Of a stretch of DNA of 64,000 bases, positions 34,844 to 43,847 are shown piece by piece (the first letter of the stretch is position 1; every line of letters starts with the position of its first letter). Position numbers and translations under genes: made by a program. Under the pieces are notes generated by a model that worked only from the letters and a program-made list of their open reading frames with translations, searched no databases and was not told where the DNA came from. This DNA is from an uncultured Alphaproteobacteria bacterium (GTDB lineage Bacteria > Pseudomonadota > Alphaproteobacteria > CADEGL01): contig CADEGL010000006.1 in assembly GCA_902826885.1 (NCBI GenBank), forward strand, positions 2,091-66,090. The letters run 5' to 3'.

Positions 34844-36883
34844 ATGGGACAGTACGACGCGCTTTTCCAACCGCTGCGAATCAAGAACGTCACGATCCGC
34901 AACCGGATCATGAGCACCTCGCACGCGCCCGCCTATGGCGAGAACGGCATGCCGGGCGAACGCTATCAGGCCTATCACGAGGAAAAGGCCAAGGGCGGTT
35001 TGGGCCTCGACATGTTCGGCGGCTCGTCGACGATCGCGATCGAGTGTCCGCCGACCTTCGGCCAGCTGTCCGTCGCCGAAGACCGGGTGATCCCGTATCT
35101 GCAAAAAATGTCGGAACGTATCCACCGGCACGGTGCGAAGACGTTTTGCCAGATCTCGCATTCCGGCCGGCGCACGCGCTGGGATCGCGGCAACTGGCTG
35201 GCGCCCGTGGCGCCGTCGGCCATCCGCGAGCCCGAGCACCGGCCATTCCCGAAGGAGATGGAGGACTGGGATTTCGACCGTATCCGCGGCGACTATGTCC
35301 GCGCCGCGCGCCGGGTGAAGGCGGGAGGGCTGGACGGCTTGGAGCTTCTCTATGCCGGCGGCCATTTGATGCTGCAATTCTGGTCGCCCTCGGCCAACAC
35401 GCGCACGGACCAATACGGCGGCAACCTGGACAACCGCATGCGCTTCGGTTTCGAGGTGTTGGAGGAAATCCGCCAGGAAGTGGGCGAGGATTATGTGCTT
35501 GGCGTGCGTATCACATCGGACGAGCTGATCGCCGATGGTCTCGCGCCGGTCGAATGTCTGGAAATCGCTCGGAAGCTCGCGTCGTCGGGTTACATCGACT
35601 ACCTGAACATCATGACCAGCCAGCCGCGCGACTGGCGTTCCAGTTCGCTGAGCACGCTGAGCATGGCGTTCCCCAGCGCGCCCTATCTGCATCTGGCCAG
35701 CGCGATCAAGGAGGCCGTGAACATCCCGATTTTCCACGCCGGCAAGATCGCCGACGCGGCCACGGCCGCGCGCGCGGTCGCCGACGGGCATTTGGACATG
35801 GTCGCGATGACGCGCGCCCACATGGCCGATCCGTATTTCGTGAAGAAGCTTCAGGAAGGGCGCGAGGACGACATCCGGCAGTGCGTCGGCGCGAACTATT
35901 GCATCGACCGTATCTATACGGGTGCCGAGGCGCTTTGCATTCAGAACCCGGCCATGGGGCGCGAGCAGACCATCCCCCAGATCGTCTCGCCCGCGGACAA
36001 GAAGAAGACGGTGGTGGTCGCGGGCGCGGGTGTGGCGGGCTTGGAGGCCGCGCGCGTCTCGGCCGAGCGCGGGCATCGCGTGGTGCTGTTCGAGGCGGCG
36101 GGAGAGACGGGCGGGCAGATCAACACGGCGGTCAAGGCGACCTGGCGTTCGGGCCTGGCGGGCATTCCGCGCTGGCTCGATGCCCAGGTGCGCAAGCGCG
36201 GCGTCGATTTGCGCCTTAACACGCCGGCCACGGCCGAAAGCGTGATGGCGGAAAACCCCGACGTGGTGATCGTGGCCACCGGCGGCCTGCCCAACAAGGG
36301 CGCGATCGAAGGCATCGAACTGGCGGTTTCCACCTGGGATATCCTGAACGGCAAGGTCGAACCCGGCGAAAACGTGCTGGTGTTCGACGACCAGGGCGGC
36401 CATGCCGCTCCGTCGACGGCCGAGTTCCTGGCCACGCGCGGGACCAAGGTCGAGGTGGCGACGCCCGAGCGCTTCCTTGGCATCGAGGTGGGCGGCACGA
36501 ACTTCCCGATCCACTTCCGCGAGCTTTATAAGATGGGCGTGGTGATGACGCCGGATGTGCGCCTGACCCGTGTTTATCGCGAGGGCAACCAGCTCGTGGC
36601 CGTTCTGCGCAACGAGTACACGCTGACGGAAGAGGAGCGGGTGATCGACCAGGTGGTGGCCGAGCACGGCACCTTGCCGAAGGCGGACTTGTATTTCGCG
36701 CTCAAACCCCATTCGACCAACCGGGGCGAGACCGATCTGCGCGACCTCTCGGAAAACAAGCCGCAGACGCTGAACAAGAATCCGGACGGCAAGTTCCAGC
36801 TCTTCCGCGTGGGCGACGCCGTGGCATCGCGTAACATCCATGCGGCGATCTATGATTCGCTGCGGCTATGCAAGGATTTCTGA
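34844..36883 (+). CDS. two-domain flavoprotein of the same family, paralog 2
   Basis: Trimmed to MGQYDALFQPLRIKNVTIRNRIMSTSHAP (ATG 34844 after GAGGGACGG). Collinear with paralog 1 down to the identical C-terminus SLRLCKDF. Confidence 0.9.
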   Translation: MGQYDALFQPLRIKNVTIRNRIMSTSHAPAYGENGMPGERYQAYHEEKAKGGLGLDMFGGSSTIAIECPPTFGQLSVAEDRVIPYLQKMSERIHRHGAKTFCQISHSGRRTRWDRGNWLAPVAPSAIREPEHRPFPKEMEDWDFDRIRGDYVRAARRVKAGGLDGLELLYAGGHLMLQFWSPSANTRTDQYGGNLDNRMRFGFEVLEEIRQEVGEDYVLGVRITSDELIADGLAPVECLEIARKLASSGYIDYLNIMTSQPRDWRSSSLSTLSMAFPSAPYLHLASAIKEAVNIPIFHAGKIADAATAARAVADGHLDMVAMTRAHMADPYFVKKLQEGREDDIRQCVGANYCIDRIYTGAEALCIQNPAMGREQTIPQIVSPADKKKTVVVAGAGVAGLEAARVSAERGHRVVLFEAAGETGGQINTAVKATWRSGLAGIPRWLDAQVRKRGVDLRLNTPATAESVMAENPDVVIVATGGLPNKGAIEGIELAVSTWDILNGKVEPGENVLVFDDQGGHAAPSTAEFLATRGTKVEVATPERFLGIEVGGTNFPIHFRELYKMGVVMTPDVRLTRVYREGNQLVAVLRNEYTLTEEERVIDQVVAEHGTLPKADLYFALKPHSTNRGETDLRDLSENKPQTLNKNPDGKFQLFRVGDAVASRNIHAAIYDSLRLCKDF

Positions 36884-36887
36884 AGTC

Positions 36888-37724
36888 ATGACCGGGGCTG
36901 GCCAAGGACGCGTCGCGGCGCTCTTTCTTCTGCCCGCCATGGCGTTGATGACCGGCATCTTCCTGGTGCCGTTGGCGGGTGTCGCGCACCAAAGCGTGAC
37001 CAACCCGGCTTGGACTCTGGACGGCTATGTCGAGCTCACCACCAGCAAGCTGTTCCTGCGCGTCCTGTGGACGACGTTCGAGATCAGCCTGTCTTCGTCT
37101 CTGGCGACGCTTCTCCTCGCTTACCCGATCGCCTATCACCTGGCCAAGCAGCCGCCGCGCCGCCGGGCCTTGCTGATGACCCTGGTGATGGTGCCGTTCT
37201 GGACCAGCATCCTGGTGAAGAGCTACGCCTTCACCGTCATCCTGGGCCAGCACGGCGCGGTGAATTCGATCCTGGCCTGGAGCGGCCTGCCGACCGTGAA
37301 GTTGTTGTTCAACCGGGTCGGCGTGATCATCGGCATGGGGCACTACCTCATTCCGTTCATGGTCTTCCCGATCCTGAACAGCCTTTTGGCTCAACCGCCG
37401 GATTTGGCCAAGGCCGCGCGAGTCATGGGCGCGGGCAAGGCGCGCATCTTCTGGCGCGTGACCCTGCCGCTCAGCATGCCTGGGGTTATGGCCGGCTTTC
37501 TGTTGAGCATGATCCTGTCGCTTGGATTCTTCGTGACGCCCGCGCTGCTCGGCGGGCGCAAGGACATGATGATGGCCAATCTGGTCGACATGTACACGCG
37601 CGAGACGCTGGATTGGACGATGGCCTCGGCCATCGCGATGATTCTCTTGATGCTGTCCGGTGTCCTGATCGCGGCGCTGTCGCGCACCGGCGGCGGCAAG
37701 GGCATTTTGGGCGGGGCGCACTGA
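36888..37724 (+). CDS. ABC-transporter permease (PotB-like)
   Basis: Trimmed to MTGAGQGRVAALFLLPAMALM. 6 TM helices with the EAA-type loop AARVMGAGKARIFWRVTLPLSMPG. Confidence 0.9.
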   Translation: MTGAGQGRVAALFLLPAMALMTGIFLVPLAGVAHQSVTNPAWTLDGYVELTTSKLFLRVLWTTFEISLSSSLATLLLAYPIAYHLAKQPPRRRALLMTLVMVPFWTSILVKSYAFTVILGQHGAVNSILAWSGLPTVKLLFNRVGVIIGMGHYLIPFMVFPILNSLLAQPPDLAKAARVMGAGKARIFWRVTLPLSMPGVMAGFLLSMILSLGFFVTPALLGGRKDMMMANLVDMYTRETLDWTMASAIAMILLMLSGVLIAALSRTGGGKGILGGAH

Positions 37725-38539
37725 TGCGCGGGCGCGAACCCATGGCGGGCGAAGGGCGCTCGCTCCTGTCCATGGCGGCCTCGGGCGCGGCGTGGTTCGC
37801 CTATTTGTTCCTTCTTATGCCCAGCCTGATCGTCATTCCGATTTCGTTCGGCGAGCGCACCGCGGTCGAGTTTCCGCCTCCGCGCTTCTCGCTTGACCTC
37901 TATCACCAATATTTTTTCGAGGACCAATGGATGGCGGCGACCGCGCTCAGCCTGCGCGTCGCAATGGGCGCCACGATCATCTCGGTGGTCGCTGGCGTTC
38001 TCGCGGCCTATGCGTTGGTGCGGTGCGAGTTTCCGGGCAAGAAACTGGTCGGCGTGATCCTGCTCAGCCCTATCCTGGTGCCCATCATTGCCGTGGCGCT
38101 GGGGCTCTATCTCTACTTCAACGCGCTTAACATCCGCGGCTCGGAGCTGTCGTTGATCCTGGCGCATAGCGTGATCACCGCGCCGTTCGTGATCGTGACC
38201 GCCATGGCGGGCTTGCGGCATATCGACGCCAATCTGGAGATCGCGGCGACCGTGATGGGGGCGGGGCGATGGCGCACCCTCAGCCGCGTGACCTTGCCGC
38301 TGCTCAAGCCCGCGGTGGTGGCGGGGGCGCTGTTTGCCTTCTTGCTGTCGTTCGACGAGGTGGTCATCGCCTGGTTCGTGGCCAAGACGGCGTCGCCGAC
38401 ACTGCCGGTGGCCATGTATTCCAGTATCCAATGGAGCGGCGTGTCGCCCGTCTTGGCGGCCATCTCGACCCTGTTGACCGTGCTTTCGGTGACGATTTGC
38501 CTGATCGTCGCGGCCGTGACGGGCCGGGAGAAACGCTAG
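37724..38539 (+). CDS. ABC-transporter permease (PotC-like)
   Basis: ATG overlaps the previous stop (ATGA). EAA-type loop ATVMGAGRWRTLSRVTLPLLKPA. ATG 37742 is an alternative start. Confidence 0.9.
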   Translation: MRGREPMAGEGRSLLSMAASGAAWFAYLFLLMPSLIVIPISFGERTAVEFPPPRFSLDLYHQYFFEDQWMAATALSLRVAMGATIISVVAGVLAAYALVRCEFPGKKLVGVILLSPILVPIIAVALGLYLYFNALNIRGSELSLILAHSVITAPFVIVTAMAGLRHIDANLEIAATVMGAGRWRTLSRVTLPLLKPAVVAGALFAFLLSFDEVVIAWFVAKTASPTLPVAMYSSIQWSGVSPVLAAISTLLTVLSVTICLIVAAVTGREKR

Positions 38540-38644
38540 AGGCGCCGGGACCGGGAAAGGCCGTTTTGTGCGGCGGGCCGCTTTGGGCTAGTATCCCGCC
38601 GATTTCCAGGGGGCCATCCGGTTCCACGCGACAAGGATGAGACA

Positions 38645-39019
38645 ATGAAAAAGATCGTATCGGGCTTCATCGCCGCGGCCGTCGTGGCCGGTAGCGTTTC
38701 GCTGGCGCATGCGCAGATCAATCCTTTCGGCCGGTGGGCCCAGCCCGGCCTGACGAAGGAAGAATCCACGTTGGTCTCGAATGCCGCGCAGAGCGTTTAT
38801 AAGAATCCGGACGTGAAGCCCGGCGACCGCGCCGAATGGGCCAGCAAGAAGACCGGCAACAGCGGTTGGGTCGAGGCCGTGAAGCTGTTCACCTACAAAA
38901 GCAACATCAACTGCGTCGAGACGCTTTACGGCTTCAATATCAAGGAAGCCGATCAGGCGCGTAACACGCTGACCATCAACCACTGCAAGATGCCGGACGG
39001 AAGCTGGAAGATCCTTTGA
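38645..39019 (+). CDS. small exported protein, possibly 17-kDa-surface-antigen-like fold
   Basis: Signal peptide MKKIVSGFIAAAVVAGSVSLAHA. The mature part shows W-x-S-x3-G-N-S-G-W-V ... C ... C-x-M-P-D-G-S-W-K spacing that I recall from RT0821/Lpp0805-type surface proteins (low certainty). Confidence 0.6.
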   Translation: MKKIVSGFIAAAVVAGSVSLAHAQINPFGRWAQPGLTKEESTLVSNAAQSVYKNPDVKPGDRAEWASKKTGNSGWVEAVKLFTYKSNINCVETLYGFNIKEADQARNTLTINHCKMPDGSWKIL

Positions 39020-39051
39020 TCTGAAGCGCCGCGGCGCATCTGGAAACGAAG

Positions 39052-39082
39052 CGGCCCGGGAGGCGATCCCGGGCCGTTTTTT
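39052..39082 (+). terminator. rho-independent terminator
   Basis: 10-bp perfect stem CGGCCCGGGA / TCCCGGGCCG, 5-nt loop, then TTTTTT. Confidence 0.7.
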
Positions 39083-39103
39083 CGTGGCGGGAAAGGGAAG
39101 GGG

Positions 39104-39583
39104 TCAGCCGACGCTGTAGCCCTTGCCCTTGAGGCAGGTGCCGTAAGCCTCGTTGTATTTGTTGATCTGCGAATTGTAGTTCTGATTGATCTGCGCCTGT
39201 TCTTGCTGTTGCTCGCGGATGGAGCGGTTGCGCCGCATCATGCCGACGCCGGCCCCCACGCCCGCGCCGATCGCGGCGCCCTTGCCGGCATCGCCGCCGA
39301 TGGCGCCGCCCACGGCACCCAAGGCCGCGCCGCCCGCCGCGCCGCGCACGGCGCCGCCGCGCGGTTGGGTCTGCGTCGTTTGAACGCGTTGGGGGTTGGT
39401 CGGATCGAACCCCGTCTGCTGTGTCGCCCATTGGCTGCAGTCGAACTTGTCGCGCTGCATCTGTTCGTCGTTCTGGCCCTTGGCCGGATAGACGTAGATC
39501 GCGTTGGCGGGAGCGATTTCCATGCCCGTCGCCGCGACGGCGGCGGCCGCCGCCAACAAGACGATCTTGGCACCGCGTTTCAT
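39104..39583 (-). CDS. exported glycine-zipper protein
   Basis: Signal peptide MKRGAKIVLLAAAAAVAATG... followed by GGAVRGAAGGAALGAVGGAIGGDAGKGAAIGAGVGAGVG (a glycine zipper), then a Q/N-rich helix and YGTCLKGKGYSV. Confidence 0.7.
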   Translation of the reverse strand: MKRGAKIVLLAAAAAVAATGMEIAPANAIYVYPAKGQNDEQMQRDKFDCSQWATQQTGFDPTNPQRVQTTQTQPRGGAVRGAAGGAALGAVGGAIGGDAGKGAAIGAGVGAGVGMMRRNRSIREQQQEQAQINQNYNSQINKYNEAYGTCLKGKGYSVG

Positions 39584-39599
39584 CGTGACCGTTTCCCGA

Positions 39600-40127
39600 T
39601 TACGGCAGCTTGTACTTAAGCTCCGGCCACACGGCCAGGCCGATGACGGTTTGCGTCACCACGCCGGGGCCGCCGGGCATGGTTTCCTGCATCGTGCCGC
39701 GCAGGCCAAAGAGGCCGCCGCCCGTGATGCCTTTAAACTTGCCGGTGCCGCCGTTGAGCGTGAACTGACCGGCGCAGCCCTTCAGATATTCGCCTTTGCA
39801 GGTCCACTTGGCGAAGACCTGGTCGCCGTCCTGGGCGATCAGCAAACAGCCGCCTTGACCTGTCTGCGCGCCGTCGGGCTGCAGCGTGATACTGACCGGG
39901 CAGATCATCTTGGCTGTGTTCAAGTCGCCTTTGTTGTCTTCGATGAACATCGCGCCCTCGAGCACGCCGTTCATCAGGGCCTCCTTGTCGCCGACACGAA
40001 CCGCGGTGCCTTCACCCTGCCAGACGGCGGTGGCGCGGACGCTTGTCTCCTTGGCCGCGTAAGCGTCGGAGCCGAACAACGCGACGCATGCGGCCAGCAA
40101 GGTCATGGCGGAAAGGCGCATGGACAT
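39600..40127 (-). CDS. exported 4-Cys beta-rich protein of unknown function (paralog A)
   Basis: Signal peptide ...LFGSDAYA. Conserved MICP, GGC, WTCKG, KGC, GGTGKFKGITGGG and a C-terminal WPELKYKLP. No family recognised with confidence. Confidence 0.7.
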   Translation of the reverse strand: MSMRLSAMTLLAACVALFGSDAYAAKETSVRATAVWQGEGTAVRVGDKEALMNGVLEGAMFIEDNKGDLNTAKMICPVSITLQPDGAQTGQGGCLLIAQDGDQVFAKWTCKGEYLKGCAGQFTLNGGTGKFKGITGGGLFGLRGTMQETMPGGPGVVTQTVIGLAVWPELKYKLP

Positions 40128-40185
40128 GGTTTCTCCCGTTGTTGCGAGCGCCTTTTCTGCGGGCTCGAATGTTACGGAATGACGA

Positions 40186-40725
40186 TCAGGGCGTGTTGTA
40201 CTTGAAGCCCCGCCAGAAAATGATTCCCGAGGCGGCCTGGTCGATGATGGCGGTACTGCCGTCCTGGGTCGATTCGCGCCGCGAGGCGCGAATGGTGAAA
40301 GGACCGCCGCCCGTGACGTTGGCGAAGCGGCCCGTGCCGCCGGCCGTGATGGTCGAATCGCCTTTGCAGCCGACCATGTAAACGCCCGTGCATTTCAGGT
40401 CGAGGTTCATCAAGGCGCCGTCACTGCCCGCGATGGTGCAGCTTCCGGTCATTTCCTGGCTGCCGGTCTGGGTGTTCACCTTCAGCTTCAGGGGGCAGAT
40501 CATTTCACCGGCGTCCGTCGGTCCCTTGTCGGTCTCGACATAGACGCGTCCGGCCACCGAACCGACGAACGTCTTTTCGTTCGGGCCCGATTGGACGGTG
40601 AAGCCCTTGCCGGTCCAGGCCGAAAAGGCGTCAAAGGTTTGCTGCTCGCCGGCCGACGCGGAAAGAGGCAAGCAGGCGGCGAAGGCGGCGGCCAAGGCGA
40701 AGGTCTTGATGGGGGACGGGATCAT
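40186..40725 (-). CDS. exported 4-Cys beta-rich protein of unknown function (paralog B)
   Basis: Trimmed to MIPSPIKTFALAAAFAACLPLSASA (ATG 40725 after GAGGAGG). Shares MICP, GSC, LKCTG, VGC, GGTGRFANVTGGG and a C-terminal FWRGFKYNTP with paralog A. Confidence 0.7.
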   Translation of the reverse strand: MIPSPIKTFALAAAFAACLPLSASAGEQQTFDAFSAWTGKGFTVQSGPNEKTFVGSVAGRVYVETDKGPTDAGEMICPLKLKVNTQTGSQEMTGSCTIAGSDGALMNLDLKCTGVYMVGCKGDSTITAGGTGRFANVTGGGPFTIRASRRESTQDGSTAIIDQAASGIIFWRGFKYNTP

Positions 40726-40738
40726 CGATGTGTCCTCC

Positions 40739-41254
40739 TCAATCGAAATCGATATAGACGGCATCGCCGCCAAGGGAGAGGGCTAGACCTTCGCGGTCAC
40801 CCTTGATCTCGATCACGACGTCCTGCTCATTCTGAAGCCAGAGCTTGCCGCCGCTCTTGTCGCCCGCGGCGAAGCCGTAGCGCCCCTGAACATAGGCGCC
40901 GGTAAAATCCTTCAGATTTTTCAGGTTATAGACGACGCCCGAGGCCTTGATGCGCGACACGCCGAAGCCGCCGATGCCCAGGCCGCCGATCGTGAAGTTG
41001 TAGGTCCGGCCGTTGAAGTCCAGCTTGCCGCCGCCCAGATTGCCGCTGCCGATGAAGGCAACCTGATACTGCTCGACGGTGATCGTGGCCGTTTTGACCA
41101 AGTCTTCCTTCTTCTTGTCGGTTTTGCTCGACGAAGCGGGCGCAGCGTCGGATGGCGGCAAGACGGTGAAAACCAGAGCCCCCGCCAACAGAGCGCAGCC
41201 ACTAAAACGTCCGAAATGCCGGAAAGACTTTGGAAGGGAGTGCCAGATGCCCAT
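40739..41254 (-). CDS. exported Gly-rich beta protein (possibly DUF1134/EipA-like)
   Basis: Hydrophobic leader ALLAGALVFTVLPPSDA. AFIGSGNLGGGKLDF...IGGLGIGGFGVSRIKASGVVYNLKNLKDFTGAY resembles envelope-integrity DUF1134 proteins as I recall them (weak). Confidence 0.65.
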   Translation of the reverse strand: MGIWHSLPKSFRHFGRFSGCALLAGALVFTVLPPSDAAPASSSKTDKKKEDLVKTATITVEQYQVAFIGSGNLGGGKLDFNGRTYNFTIGGLGIGGFGVSRIKASGVVYNLKNLKDFTGAYVQGRYGFAAGDKSGGKLWLQNEQDVVIEIKGDREGLALSLGGDAVYIDFD

Positions 41255-41345
41255 GTTTGCCCCCGCAAGCTGGCGATATCAGGCCGTTAGGATACGCGAC
41301 AACATGTGTCCGGTCCATTGACCGGCAATTCTTAACCCGAAAAAA

Positions 41346-42008
41346 TTACCTTCCGGTGACGCGATCGAGCGCGGCCCGGAAGTCGGCCGCCCCGCGGTTG
41401 ATGGCCGCGGCCGCGGCATCCTGGGTGCTGAGCGCGGCATCGATGTCGAAGGATTGCGGGCTGCGCTTGGCGACGAAGCCGCCAAGAACCTCGCCGGTCG
41501 CCGATGCCGTGATCTCGCCGGCGAGCGTGGCCGAGCCGACAAAGGCCGAGGGCTTGCCCGCCGCGCCGCGCGCGACCGAAGCATAAAGCCCGATCGGGTT
41601 GAGCTTGGTCGCGGCGTCCATGCCGGGGCGGCTGCGCGTGATGCCCGCGAGCGTGAGTTGAAGCGTGATCGAGTTCGCCGTCGGCTGATCGAGAACGACA
41701 TACTTGGTCGCCAGTTCACGGCGAAAGTCCGTCGTGGCGAGCTGCGCCAGATCCTGCACGTCCTGCTGCGTGACGCCGTCGAAGACCGCGTCGGGACCGT
41801 TATAGATGATGGTCGGCGCCACATAGATGCCGTGGTACTTGCGCACATCGATGTTGGGCGTGCGGTAGACATAGGTGCCGTCGCCGATTTGCTGGAGCTG
41901 GGCGCCGGGGGGCGCGACGTCCGTGGCGACGGCCTGGGACGGCTGGCCGCGATGGCAACCCGTCAAAAGCACTAGGCTGGCGGCCGCCGCGAAAACGATC
42001 GTGCGCAT
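41346..42008 (-). CDS. lipoprotein (DUF3313-like)
   Basis: Lipobox MRTIVFAAAASLVLLTGC. Body pattern YVAPTIIY...ELATKYVVLDQP...LQLTLAGI as I recall for DUF3313. Confidence 0.75.
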   Translation of the reverse strand: MRTIVFAAAASLVLLTGCHRGQPSQAVATDVAPPGAQLQQIGDGTYVYRTPNIDVRKYHGIYVAPTIIYNGPDAVFDGVTQQDVQDLAQLATTDFRRELATKYVVLDQPTANSITLQLTLAGITRSRPGMDAATKLNPIGLYASVARGAAGKPSAFVGSATLAGEITASATGEVLGGFVAKRSPQSFDIDAALSTQDAAAAAINRGAADFRAALDRVTGR

Positions 42009-42053
42009 GGATGGCTCCCCTAGGAAAAGCGCGGAAATTCGCGAAATTTTATG

Positions 42054-43679
42054 TCAGCTCTTGGCGTTATCCCAGTCCCAATCCTTGAACCGGGCGCGCA
42101 AAGCCGACTTCTGGAACTTGCCGGTGGATGTGCGCGGCACCTGGTCGATGAAGACGAAGGCGTCGGGCAGCCACCATTTGGCGAAGCGCTGGGCCAGATG
42201 CGCGCGCAACGCGGCTGGCTCGACCGACTGGCCTTGCTTCACCACGACGGCGGCCAGCGGACGCTCCTGCCATTTCGGATGAGAGACGGCGATGACGGCG
42301 GCCTCGGCCACGGCGGGATGGCCCATCAGCGCGTTCTCCAGTTCCACCGAACTGATCCATTCGCCGCCGGATTTGATCAAATCCTTGGTGCGGTCGGCGA
42401 TCTGCAGATAGCCCTCCGGGTCCATCGTCACGACGTCGCCGGTCATGAACCAGCCGTCCGCGGTCCAGCGGTCGGAGGCTTGCGCGTTCTCGTGATAGCT
42501 GGCGGCAATGAAGGGGCCGCGTACTTGCAGTTCGCCCATGCTTTTGCCGTCCCACGGCACCTCGCCGGAATCGTCCATCACCCGCATCTCGACCAGGGGC
42601 AGGGGAACGCCCTGGCGCGTCATATGGGCATGGCGCTCCTGCGCGGTCAGCGTGTCGTGCTGGGGCCGGAAGGAATGTACGGAGCCGACGGGCGTCATCT
42701 CCGTCATGCCCCAGCCATGCATAGGCGTGAAGCCGAGGCGAACGAGGTCGCGCACGAGCGATTCCGGCGCCGCCGATCCGCCGACCATCGCGCGCATGCC
42801 GGCGGGTGGTTTCCAGCGCTTCGGCTCCGCCTCCAACGCGCGCACCACGGCCAGCCACACGGTGGGCACGCCGGAGGCGAAGGTGACGCCCTCGCGCGCG
42901 CAAAGATCGAGCAAGCTTTCCGCGTCGAGATGCGGCCCAGGCAAGACTTGCTTGGCGCCGACCATGGCGCAGGCGTGCGGTTCGCCCCACGCGTTGGCGT
43001 GGAACATGGGCACGACCGGCATCACGCAGTCGCGGTGCGAGAAATTGAGCGAGTCGGGCAGGCTGATGGAAAGCGAGTGCAGCACCATGGCGCGGTGGGA
43101 ATAGATCACGCCCTTGGGCTTGCCCGTGGTGCCCGAGGTGTAGCACATGCCCGCGCCGTCGTTTTCCTCCAGCGCGGGATAGGTGAAGTCTTTCGGCGCC
43201 GCGCCCAGGAACGTGTCGTAATCCTCGATGCCCGGTGGCAGCGCCTCGCCGTTCCAGCGGACGGCGAAGATGCGTTCCGGCTTGATCTGGGCGCGGCATT
43301 TCTCCAGCGCCGGCAACAGTATGTCGTCAACGATCAGGAAACGCGGCTTGGCGTGGTTGACGATGTAGGCGATGTCGTCCGGGTGCAGGCGCAGGTTCAG
43401 CGTCAGCAGGATGCCGCCCGCGCAGGGCACGCCGAAATAGGCCTCCAGATGCGCGGCGTTGTTCCACATCAGGGAGGCGACGCGGTCGCCTTTCTTCAGG
43501 CCTGCGTTCTGGAGCGCCGCGGCTAGCGCATGGGCGCGCCGGCGCATGTCGGCGTAGGTATAGCGGTGAAGGCTTTTATCCGGCTTTCGGCTGACGATCT
43601 CGACGCCGCCGAACAGGCTGCCCGCCCGCTCCAGGATATGCGGCAGGGTGAGCGGGCCGTCCATCATGGTGCCGCGCAT
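42054..43679 (-). CDS. long/medium-chain fatty-acid--CoA ligase
   Basis: The track start is TTG 43691. I prefer ATG 43679, which directly follows GGGAGGAACC. Motifs [26 protein letters not shown] and TGKFQK. Confidence 0.9.
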   Translation of the reverse strand: MRGTMMDGPLTLPHILERAGSLFGGVEIVSRKPDKSLHRYTYADMRRRAHALAAALQNAGLKKGDRVASLMWNNAAHLEAYFGVPCAGGILLTLNLRLHPDDIAYIVNHAKPRFLIVDDILLPALEKCRAQIKPERIFAVRWNGEALPPGIEDYDTFLGAAPKDFTYPALEENDGAGMCYTSGTTGKPKGVIYSHRAMVLHSLSISLPDSLNFSHRDCVMPVVPMFHANAWGEPHACAMVGAKQVLPGPHLDAESLLDLCAREGVTFASGVPTVWLAVVRALEAEPKRWKPPAGMRAMVGGSAAPESLVRDLVRLGFTPMHGWGMTEMTPVGSVHSFRPQHDTLTAQERHAHMTRQGVPLPLVEMRVMDDSGEVPWDGKSMGELQVRGPFIAASYHENAQASDRWTADGWFMTGDVVTMDPEGYLQIADRTKDLIKSGGEWISSVELENALMGHPAVAEAAVIAVSHPKWQERPLAAVVVKQGQSVEPAALRAHLAQRFAKWWLPDAFVFIDQVPRTSTGKFQKSALRARFKDWDWDNAKS

Positions 43680-43847
43680 GGTTCCTCCCAAGGCGGCTTG
43701 TGGTTACCGCTTGGCGATACTTTCTCCGCCCGCCACCGCGCCGGTCAAGCGGACATGGCTGCCCTGCGCGGGAAGCGCTGCGCGCGCCGGCCGAAAGCGC
43801 TATACCGGCAACGGGACAAACCTATCCGGTGGAAGAGGACGACGGCG

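Noticed and set aside
32704-36841. Two very long minus-strand ORFs (670 and 772 aa).
   Set aside because: They are antisense to the two flavoprotein genes, which have strong family motifs. The antisense products are low-complexity Arg/His/Gly/Asp-rich sequence.
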